Below are positions 13,650-23,481 of a DNA stretch of 64,000 nucleotides, in pieces. The notes beneath the pieces were generated by a model. It had not been told where the DNA came from. It did no database searches and was given only the letters and a program-made list of their open reading frames with translations. The stretch spans positions 20,430,148-20,494,147 of the forward strand of contig CM119268.1 in assembly GCA_051294375.1 (NCBI GenBank), given 5' to 3'. Position 1 is the first letter of the stretch. Each line of letters starts with the position of its first letter. Both the position numbers and the translations under genes were made by a program. The DNA comes from Paraspadella gotoi. Taxonomy: Eukaryota > Animalia > Chaetognatha.

Positions 13650-14021
13650 GGTAAGTATAAGTATATAAGTATACTCGGTAGGAAGGGTAACGGAGGTGGT
13701 AGGAATTTTTCCGTGGTCGGATGTGAAACTGATGGTCTGTGTACTCGGTAGGAAGGGTAACGGAGGTGGTAGGAATTTTTCCGTGGTCGGATGTGAAACT
13801 GATGGTCTGTGTACTCGGTAGGAAGGGTAACGGAGGTGGTAGGAATTTTTCCGTGGTCGGATGTGAAACTGATGGTCTGTGTACTCGGTAGGAAGGGTAA
13901 CGGAGGTGGTAGGAATTTTTCCGTGGTCGGATGTGAAACTGATGGTCTGTGTACTCGGTAGGAAGGGTAACGGAGGTGGTAGGAATTTTTCTGTGGTCGG
14001 ATGTGAAACTGATGGTCTGTG
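13650..14021. repeat. Insertion of five exact or near-exact 70-bp units plus a (taagta)-like tail, flanked by a GTCCC duplication
   Basis: Units run 13671-14020; GTCCC at 13645-13649 and 14022-14026. Confidence 0.9.
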
Positions 14022-14092
14022 GTCCCTGAGCTTTGGATCAGTCTGTAACACCGAGTTACAGGCGGGTTAAGCGCCCCGTCCCTCTAAACTGC
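14022..14092 (-). ncRNA. Twister motif, family A 5' LTR (P5 3' strand split by the insertion; one T1 mismatch)
   Basis: Same core as 13227-13298, with GACGG in place of GAUGG. Confidence 0.65.
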
Positions 14093-14479
14093 TAGGCGGC
14101 CACCAGGCTAGAACCCTGGACCTTTGGGTTGGGAGACGAATGACTTACTTCCAGCACCAATGGCCGCTGATGAACGGTTGGTGGATTTTAGTCCACCATA
14201 ATATCCAGCTCAATCACACACTTCCCTACCCACTTACATAATTTCATTCCAATCCAACTCTAATTACTCAGTAATTAGAGTTTTTTGCTTAGGTGGGACG
14301 GACGGACGGATGTTCAATGTTCTGACATGATATAAGTGAATGCCCAACAAGATTGAGGGGGCGGACCGACAAAGTGAATTATAGAGTCGGAATCTGCTGA
14401 TGAGTAGATCCGACTAAAATACGAAACAATTATTTGACTGCTTCCAATCGCTTAAGCGTAATTTTCATACTCGTTAAAA

Positions 14480-15267
14480 ATGTCCGACTTTACCATTAAT
14501 GATATGAAAAACGTTGAATCACCGACGGAGATTCCAAAATCGATTTGTGATAAAGACTTGGAATCGATGACAGCGTCTGAGATTCGATCTGTGATCAGGA
14601 GAGGAAAGTTTGGTCGAACGACGACCAGCGGTTTGGCAAAAGGTGAGTCTCTCCGAAGGTAGGTCTTCCTCTATCGATGTCGCGTAATCAACGGAATCGA
14701 CCAATTGACGGACCTTGTCGGCCTCGTGACGTCATTGCTCGTCGTCTTCGCCAACGATATTATCGAGATTCTTAGTTGTTGCGTCCACAATCTCGTGACA
14801 CGCTTTTTTTTTAATTAATACCAAAAAACAGTATTGACACAATCAGAAACAGTAACAGTGTAAAAGACTAGAAAACAGTAAACAATAGGAGGAAATTTTT
14901 TTATTAATAACAAAAACGATATTAACATAATTAAACAAGTTTGAGCAAACAATGTCGGATCTGCCTACGATAATTAAGTGGTAATAAGCTAACTTGGTCA
15001 ACTTGCATAATTTAATCAACTTGCATAATTTGGTCAACTGACATAATTTGGTCAACTGACATAATTTGGTCAACTGACATAATTTGGTCAACTGACATAA
15101 TTTGGTCAACTAACATAATTTGGTCAACCAGCATAATTTGGTCAACTGGCATAATTTTATCAACAGGCATAATTTGGTTAACTGGCATAATTTGGTCAAC
15201 AGGCATAATTTGGTCATCTTGAAGAATTTGGTTAACTGGCATATTTTTGTCAATTGGCATTATTTGG

Positions 15268-15330
<63 letters not shown>

Positions 15331-18300
15331 GAGAGAGATAGAGAAAGAGAAACTTTAAAAAATTCAAATAAATGTGTATTTTGGTTTTCTAATTTGAACT
15401 CTTTTCCACTCATACGAATTTATATTCAGCTTTATTACATACTTTCCTACCCACACACAAAATTCCATTTCAATTTATCTATCCAATTTTTAATAAACAT
15501 TATAATTATAAGTAAATTTAAGTAAAAATACTTCAAGTAAATATGACTTTTGTTTTTTCCATTTTAACGCATTTCCACTTGCACGATTCCATCGAAACTT
15601 TATATCCAGCTCAATCACACACTTTCCTACCATGATACAAAATTTCAAGTCAATTACCCTATCCACTCATGAGCAATTAGCGTTCAAATAGTGAAATAGA
15701 TTTTTTTGTTTTTTCCATTTAAACCATTTTCCACTCGTACGATTCCATCGAAACTTCATATCCATCTCAATCACGCAGTTTCCTACCCACACACAAAATT
15801 TCATACCAATCCATCCATCCAATCACGAGTAATGGGAGTTTTTTTGCTAAGGGGGGACGGACGGACGGACTAACCTTATCCCTAACCGAAACCCTAAACA
15901 ATTAATCCATCGTTCAAATTATCGTTCAAATTATCGTCGTCGTATTTGTCGATCCTGACTCTAAGTCATCCAGCCAGAGAGAGCGAGAGAGATTCGCTGC
16001 TCCTTCATACGGCAAAGGGGCATCGATGTTTGATAAGGCCCAATATTTTGGGGTGGGACCGACGGACCGACAAAGTGAATTATAGAGTCGGAATCTGCTG
16101 TTAAGCAGATCCGACTAAAAGCAGTAACAGTAACGGTATAAATAACAGCATACTGATCACAAAAATATAACCAAAACCACTAATATCAAATTATAAAACG
16201 CTACTAAAATGTTAAAAGCTACTTCATAAAAGACTGTAAAACTAAAAGTCGTTTAACAAAATCTCGATTTCAAAATTTTTTACTCAGTTTTTGCTCGCAC
16301 GTCTTTCCTGCGGAGCAACTCTATATGTTTTAGTCAATCTCGTGACGATATGCCCGTTTGACGATATGCCCGTTTGACTAGTCCAATTTTGATGCACCTC
16401 AATCATATTGTGGATAAGGCGCTAAGTGGGCTGAAGATGACTATCCGTAACTTCTATAACCCCTTTTAGTAGCCATGAAACGGGTCCTGGGCTTGGAACC
16501 AGGTTTGAGGGTTTGCCACACCCCCAAGGCGGCTTACGGCCGTCCTCACGCTTCCCGCAGGCGAGGTACCGGGTTGGGATTGAACCTGGTACCTAGTGGT
16601 CATGAGTTGATGGCTTTACTCAATGAGCCACCGGGTCAGGACTGAAGGTGTCATGCTTATAGGCAGGGTGAACCTAGGCAATGCCCGACTACATGCCCCC
16701 CAGATTGTAACCCACCCTGCACTGCTTCCAGTGGAGGGAGGGGAGCAATCTTCAGCACGTCCATGGGCCTGGAATCAGAAGGTTGGAATACGCTCGACAG
16801 GATGGGCTCACCAGTGTGGAAAAGGCACTAAGTGGGCTGAAGATGACTATCCGTAACTTCTATAACCCCCTTTAGTAGCCATGAAACGGGTCCTGGGCTT
16901 GGAACCAGGCTTGAGGGTTTGCCGCACCCCCAAGGCGGCTTACGGCCGTCCTCACGCTTCCCGCAGGGTAGGTACCGGGTTGGGATTGAACCCGGTACCT
17001 AGTGGTCATGAGCTGATGGCTTTACTCAATGAGCCAACAGGTCAGGACTGAAGGTGTCATGCTTATAGGCGGGGTGAACCTAGGCAATGCCCGACTACAA
17101 TATAACAGTAATCATCAGGAAACATATGATAAATAATTATTTTCGCAAAAAATAAAAGATTATTAGTTGTATAAAAATGAGGATTTAATTAAGGCTAGAA
17201 AACAAATCATCAGTTCAATAGTAGTTAATACGTCAAAAAAACATTATGAAATTGGTACAACCAATATAAAAATTATCCATTCATTTAATAAATAAGCTAT
17301 CTTGCCCCTGACTTTGGACAGGCTTTGGTGGTTTAAGGCCTCCATCACTCTTACAAGATAATTACACAGCAGGTCCCTGCAAGCTTTCAATCAAGACTCT
17401 CTGACAGTCCCGTTTATTCACTCCCAGAGTACTTGGCTTCCCTATGTTTCAGGCCAAAACAGGCCATTTTATCTCCCTCCCTCGATTATGTTTCAGGCCA
17501 AAAACATGCCATTTTTACCTCGTACCCTATAATTTCACTCAGGCCAAAAACAGGCCAACATAATGATAGTCCCGTCCACCTTCGCCGAAGACGTCAAAGA
17601 AATCTGCCGCCGCAACGCTGCTCCGCTGCCGCTGCTGTACAATAGCAGCAGAGGTGAGACAGGGGCGCCGACTCTGACCGAGAACTCGAACATCAGGTGA
17701 GTTAACTGGAAAAATTTTGGGTGAGTAAGGACTGTAAATGTTGATTGTCCTCATTGGTGAAATGAGAATTAATATCATAAACAAATAAAAAACAAAAAAA
17801 TGATTATACTGTGGTGGTATATTCACACCACCTCACGTCCACGATCGTTCAGCCAATACCATTGGCTCAGAGGGGGAACACACCATCACAGGCGTTGTGT
17901 TCCATCCACAGTCCTAACGATTTCCCTCTGCGTTGACAAAGCGAGGGTCGGAAGCCCCCAAAGCCAACAGTGAGATTGCCCCTTACCAATGGGCATCACA
18001 GGCAACCCGGCTGTTGCCATAATACCATGAAGAAAAAAAATTTGTCCAGCTGTTTTTCAGCATTTTAATGTAAAAATAAAAAAATAAAATTTAAATATCA
18101 AGAAACTTTAGCCTTTTGTAATTCATATGAGCTGTATCTCATTTATGTATAATAAAAATACAAGAGTTCGATGCAAAAAACAATGAATTGCCGAAAAAAT
18201 ACTTCTTTGTTTTTTTATCGTTTTCATATCTATAAGTTTTATTTATACTAATTTTTTTCAGTTTTATGTCAAATGGTTATTGCATCATCTTTATTAGGAT

Positions 18301-19496
18301 AGATTCAAGGATAAATATTAATTCATATGTAAAATAAAAAGTGGTATTAAAAATATATTGATGCTGTAACTGCTCCAAAATATTTTTTTATATTATAAAG
18401 TATCAATAAAAGTTATAAGGCTCCTTTTTGTAAATAAAATTATCATTTTTATTTACCTCTGGATGTATTATCAAAACCAAATATCTAACAAGTCCAAAAA
18501 AAAATCAAAGATTTGTTGAAGTGAAAGATAATATATTATCACATTATACAGCAACAACTCGAGCCTAGTTTACTTTATAAAGGATCAATCTTTTTTACTG
18601 TTTGCCAAAGATAATTTTTTTTACAAAATCTGATAAAAAATATTATGAAATTGGTATAACCAATATAAAAATTATCCATTCAATTAATAAATAAGCTATC
18701 TTGCCCCTGATTTTGGACAGGCTTTGGTGGTTTAAGGCCTCCATCACTCTTACAAGATAATGACATGCAAGCTTTCAATTAAGAATCTCTTACAGTCTAG
18801 TTTATTCACTCCTAAAGTTCCTGACTTCCTTATCGATGAAGTGGTATAATATTTCAAAGTAAGTTTGAATTGTATGAAAAGACTACTCCTTAAGTAATAG
18901 ATCGGGGAATACTATATTATACTCCGCCCAGCATAAAATACAAGGAGCTGAATTTTATGAAATTGATACAACCAAAATAAAAATTATCTATTCATTTAAT
19001 AAATAAGTTATCTTACCCCTGACTTTGGTGGTTTAAGGCCTCCATCACTCTTACAAGATAATGACATAGCAGGTCCCTGTAAAAAAACTCTTAGAGATAT
19101 AATATTAATGATAAATATAATATCTTGATCAAAAAAAGGTAAAAACAGTTAGAGACAACCTCTTTTGGAAGTATTCGTATGCATTTAAATAATTTTGTGC
19201 TATTAAGAAATAATCTTCTTATTCAGTCTTAGGGAATTATATTATATATTAAAACTCATTTATTGGCCAAAAAATACATTTAACAATGAAATTAACCGAC
19301 TTTTCCAAACCGCGACAATTTTTTTTGCCATCATGGTAGATAACGCTAAATAAAGACAAAACGAGACTATGGAAAAATTACTAATTAAATTTTTAAATAA
19401 ATGCAAGTTATTCGTAAGTTAGTTTCAAAATCCTCAAATTCCAAAACGACAAATTATAGTAAATAAACAAGACTTAAGAAAAAAGAAACGAAAACA

Positions 19497-19527
<31 letters not shown>

Positions 19528-19679
19528 AAGTGAGTTGACGGCGGCGCTGTTTTCCACGTCGATCACGAACAGAAGGACAGCCTCATTCACCAACTTTTAA
19601 TCTTTAATATTTAATGTCGCTCATCATAAATCTCTACGCGGGTTCCGCCTAAAAAATCATAACCAGATGGAGAGGGAGT

Positions 19680-19729
<50 letters not shown>

Positions 19730-20177
19730 TAGTAAGCTTTCACAATTGACTTTTAATGAATGTGCCATATGCTATCTGTCGTGAGTCTCGATTATTCTTT
19801 CGATGTGAAAAAAGTTGAAAACTTGGGTCGTTGATTAAGAAAGAGAAAAAAAGGGATTAGGAAAAGAAAAGGAAGGAAAGGAAAAAAGGAGAAAATGGAA
19901 AAAGAAGAAAGGATCTAGGAAAGAAGAAAAAAGGAATTGATAGAAAAAAAAAAGAGAAAGTTCTAAGCAAAAAATTTAAGGACTTTTCTTTGTTATAATT
20001 TCCTTTCTTTTTCGTTTCTTCAGGTTCGTAAACCGAACCGAAACATGTCCGTTCATCATTAAATAAATTTGTTGCTGAATCACAATTTAAACTTTTCTCT
20101 TAGGACTTTTCTTGAAATAAATCCGGCAACATTTAAAAAATTATGATAAAAGAGGAATTAGGTCCAATGTGAAAGAA

Positions 20178-20262
<85 letters not shown>

Positions 20263-22587
20263 GCGAAGGAGATTTCCCGGGTCAGAATAATACATTACCT
20301 AATGTCTTATTAGTGTTTTGTTTATTACGTTTTTGTTTTAGAACCGACCTACCTTCCGTTATGACTTATGAATTCGGCGTTCCAATTGGTCAACGGTCTT
20401 GCCCCGTCAATGCTGATTGGTCCGATTTTGTGACCTTTTACGTCGGCTGCAGCTACTCGTTTGAAGCGGCTCTGATCGCGGGAAGAATTCCCATCAGAAA
20501 CATGGAGAGAAAAAAAGATGTGGCTGCGTATAAGGTGATGAAAAAGGAATGAGTGAGTGAAGAGAGTGAGTCAGTGAGCCAGTCAGTGAGTCCGTCAGTC
20601 AGTGAGTTAGTGAGTGATAGACAGAAAGAGAGAAGAAGGAGAGAGAAGGAGAGAAGGAGAGAGAGAGAAAGACAGAAGGAGAAAGAAGGAGAGAGAAAAG
20701 GGAGACAGAGAGAGAGAAAAGGACAGGAGAGAAAAGGAGAGACACAGAGAAAGAGAGAGTGGCGGAGAGAGATATAACAACATCTAGGAACCATTTGATC
20801 AATATGTAATTTTTGAAATAGTCAACAAACAAGACCTCTTTAGCCTTAACTTACCTTTAGCCCTAACTTACCTCACCCGTAATCAACTGCTCCTCCCTTT
20901 TCAGACTTCCGTCTTCCTCTTCACGCCCCCCCATCTCCCCCCCGTCCCCATGGTGGTCTCCCTGCGCCCCCTCCCCCCTTCCCTCCTCGAGACGTGCTTT
21001 TCCATCACGGCGCCGATGGCCGACGCTCACGGGGCGCCGGTTCACGTCGGCGCCCCTGGCGTTATCGGCATCGAAGACGTGACGGCGCCGGATTTCGGTT
21101 TGACGCCGGATTTCGAAGACGGCGACGTTCCGGTCTTTTGGGCTTGTGGAATAACTGGGAGACTTTTGATGACGGCGTTGAGTATGTCTGTTGGTTGTTG
21201 GCTTTGTTGTTGTTTGGAATGACTAAAATGTCTGTCTGTCCGTCGGTCTGTCTGTCGATCATTTTGTTCATCCGATTTACTATTTACAAAGTAAGACATT
21301 TCAGTTGGTACATTTATCTGATTCTTCATGAAAATTAAAGTTACAGTTTCTGAAAAAAAAAAATTTTCATTGTCAAAAAATAAACTGATCAGCAGACGCA
21401 GCCCCTGAGAAAAAAAAATAAATAAAAAACCCGATGTTGCGATAGCAAAATGATAACATGCACGAATGCGATGCCTTATTTTACGAGTTCAATCCTAATT
21501 CAATTTTTTTTTAATAAAAACGCAGAGAGAGAGAAAGAGAGAGAGAAAAAAAAAGAAAGAAATCAAAAGGCAGCAGCAGAAGCAGCTTGAGAAAAGAGAG
21601 AAAAAGAGAGAGCCCTGCAGAGCTGAAAATTTATATACAGCTTCTCATCATCGATGTCCTTAAAATTGAGTCAGGACAGTTATTAAATATGTTTTGTTTA
21701 CGTTTTATCAAAACAAACAAATTTTCTCTCTTTTATTTTTATATTTCTTTCTCTCTCTCTTTTCTCTTTTAATTATATGTCTCTCTCCCTCTCTCTTTTC
21801 CCTAGTCACTGATTCATAGGAAAAAAAAACCGAGTCTGCAGGGGCTTATTCTTTTTCTCTCTTTTCTCCTGCTGCTTCTGCTGCTGCCTTTTGAGTCTGT
21901 AGCTGGCTCTGCAGGGGCTCTCTATTTTCTCCTGCTGCTTCTGCTGCTGCCTTTTTATTTCTTTCTTTTTTTCTCTCTCTCTCTCTGCGTTTTTATGAAA
22001 AAAAAAATTGAATTAGGATTGAACTCATAAAATTAAGCATCACATTCGTGCATGTTATCATTTTGCTATTGCAACATCATGTTTTTTTTTCCCTTTTTTT
22101 CTCAGGGGCTGCGTCTGCTGATCAGTTTATTTTTTGACAATGAAATTTTTTTTCTTTTTTTCCTTTTTTTTTCAGAAACTGTAATTTTAATTTTCCTCGG
22201 TACTTTATTATTTTTTTTAATTGACAATCGCAAAATAGAATTTTTCTTTCTGTTTATAAATTAATTTTCTTTTCTCAAATTCTCAAATAGTATCAAAATT
22301 TGTCGTCAATCCAGATTTTTCTTATGCGATTGCGACGATCCTTATGCTTTTAAGATTTTTATTGCGAGTTGTTGTTATTACACTTGACATTGTCGTTATC
22401 ATTAATTTAACTGATATTTTAATTTCATGTAACTTTTTCTTCAGAATCTCCCATCGCTTTCACCGATGCCTTGGATAATTTGTTTTTGTGCGACGTTTCC
22501 TCCGAGCAGCAGCAAGAGGACGGGCAACAGCAGCAGCAGCCGCCGACGCCACAGCTCCACCCGCGCGTCTTCCGCATCTACAGCAAT
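14480..22587 (+). CDS. DGLUCY: D-glutamate cyclase-like gene, copy 2 (exons 1-5; later exons displaced to ~27.85-28.85 kb by local scrambling)
   Basis: Exons 14480-14642, 17543-17696, 20342-20534, 20905-21181 and 22445-~22587 join in frame: TTTSGLAKGQKQANIMIVP, CRRNAAPLPLL, FVTFYVGCSYSFEAAL, AHGAPVHVG, VPVFWACGITG. Confidence 0.88.
14933..16120 (-). mobile_element. Full-length DINE-1/HINE-like element with internal 18-bp and ATCA tandem repeats
   Basis: 5' hairpin gtcggatctgct..agcagattccgac at 16087-16116; 3' subterminal repeat plus gtttgagcaaac stem at 14938-14965; 18-bp repeat 14990-15270; (ATCA)n 15270-15330. Confidence 0.7.
16480..16558 (-). ncRNA. Twister ribozyme motif, P5-type (family B, 3' LTR)
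   Basis: Same core as 16886-16964, with one terminal P3 mismatch; predicted cut 16536/16535. Confidence 0.8.
16566..16637 (-). ncRNA. tRNA-like (Met/Lys-like) Pol III module in family B LTR
   Basis: A-box-like TGGCTCATTGAG, CTCATGA anticodon-like loop, B-box GGTTCAATCC; TATAA ~20-25 nt upstream. Confidence 0.65.
16886..16964 (-). ncRNA. Twister ribozyme motif, P5-type (family B, 5' LTR)
   Basis: Minus strand: GCGGG aagc GU GAGGA CGGCCG UAA GC C GC CUUGGGGGU gcggcaa ACCCUCAAG CCUG GUUCCAAGCC CAGG a CCCGU. T1 UCC:GGA, T2 GC:GC, 9-bp P3. Predicted cut 16942/16941. Confidence 0.85.
17240..19080 (+). repeat. Three dispersed copies of a ~130-200-bp repeat (17240-17440, 18640-18830, 18955-19080)
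   Basis: Shared attatgaaattggtacaacc...gactttgg..gtggtttaaggcctccatcactcttacaagataat; degenerate copy near 39320-39440. Confidence 0.75.
17810..18021. mobile_element. Candidate solo LTR of a third family (or a small MITE)
   Basis: 212-bp GC-richer island, TGTGG...CCATA ends, ATAC duplication at 17806-17809 and 18022-18025, terminal hairpins. Confidence 0.6.
21332..22194. repeat. Foldback element with ~290-bp inverted arms in DGLUCY copy 2 intron 4
   Basis: 21332-21625 is the reverse complement of ~21895-22194; also present at 54230-55115. Confidence 0.8.
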
Positions 22588-22956
22588 GCTTCAGGCTGGG
22601 TCAGGAAGCTCCCTTCGACTTAACTGCATCGACGTCAACAGCGGTAGAACTAGGACTTTCGGCTCCAAAGACATTAATTCCCAACACTCTCTCATCGTTT
22701 TCACGAATGAAGAGATAATGGTTCTACAAAATCATCGTAAACTTAACGAAATCAACCACAAATTCGCACGATCGTAAAAAGACTTTCTCCCCAAGATAAA
22801 GCTTTTTAAAATTAAATCTCTCCGAAACTAGATTTAGTCGCTGCTTGAAAACATCGCAGATTCGTACGAAGGAACGAAGTCGCTTGATTGGGACAATTTA
22901 AAGTCCTGAGATGAAAACTTGAAATCAAAGGGTTTCTCGCGTCTACTGGCTATTTT

Positions 22957-23040
<84 letters not shown>

Positions 23041-23481
23041 GATGCGCCACATATCATTATAAAAAGGCCGTTATTTTTAATTGTGAAAAAACGTATTACA
23101 TAATATTTTTATTGACATTGGACATATATTAAAATATAAATTATATTAATGTTCGCTCCATTGTTTTTTAACTTCTTCAATTTCATTAGCAAGACTAAGA
23201 CTACCCCACCTCTTTTTTGACCAAGTAAGGGTGGGCGCGGCATCTTGATCCCACCTCTCCTCGCGTATCTCTCGTGAAAGATCGGAGGAGACCAAAGATC
23301 TGAAGGCGATGATGAAGGACCATGCATCGACGGAGTCAGGTCTGTTTATAAAAGGAGGGTTAGATTTTTGGTCACAAAAGAATAAAAAGTTCGGATTAAA
23401 AAAGGTGAGCAAAATCAATTTTTAATTCCAATCTCTAACCTATTCTCGAACCCTAAAACTACATATGTTAAATAAGTTATG

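Larger units (their letters stand above)
13174..14200 (-). mobile_element. Family A non-autonomous LTR element (TRIM/retrozyme-like) with tRNA-like module and twister in both LTRs
   Basis: LTRs 13174-13407 and 13590-14200 (the latter has an insertion). ATAT TSD at 13170-13173 and 14201-14204. Minus-strand PBS TGGTGAGCCCAAC at 13576-13588 and PPT GGGAGGGGGGGA at 13410-13421. ~180-bp non-coding interior with a 48-bp duplication. Confidence 0.92.
12636..14419 (-). mobile_element. Full-length DINE-1/HINE-like element hosting the family A LTR element
   Basis: 5' hairpin at 14386-14419, GGAC microsatellite near 14297, 3' subterminal repeat gcagatccgac-like plus short stem at 12636-12662; core interrupted at cgaaacttcATAT|ccagctc. 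Confidence 0.7.
16409..17099 (-). mobile_element. Family B non-autonomous LTR element (TRIM/retrozyme-like), complete
   Basis: Two 285-bp TG..CA LTRs at 16409-16693 and 16815-17099. ATAT TSD at 16405-16408 and 17100-17103. Minus-strand PBS TGGTGAGCCCATCC at 16800-16813 and PPT GGGGGGCA at 16694-16701. 121-bp non-coding interior. Confidence 0.95.

Noticed and set aside
13671-14020. 70-bp array as CRISPR or tandem hammerheads
   Set aside because: No unique spacers and no cas genes; the core is CTGATGG with no compatible stems.
14386-14435. CTGATGA...GAAA hammerhead-like core
   Set aside because: Stems I and III do not form, and the motif sits in the variable loop of the HINE hairpin (other copies read ctgttaag, ctgaaag or ctgataag).
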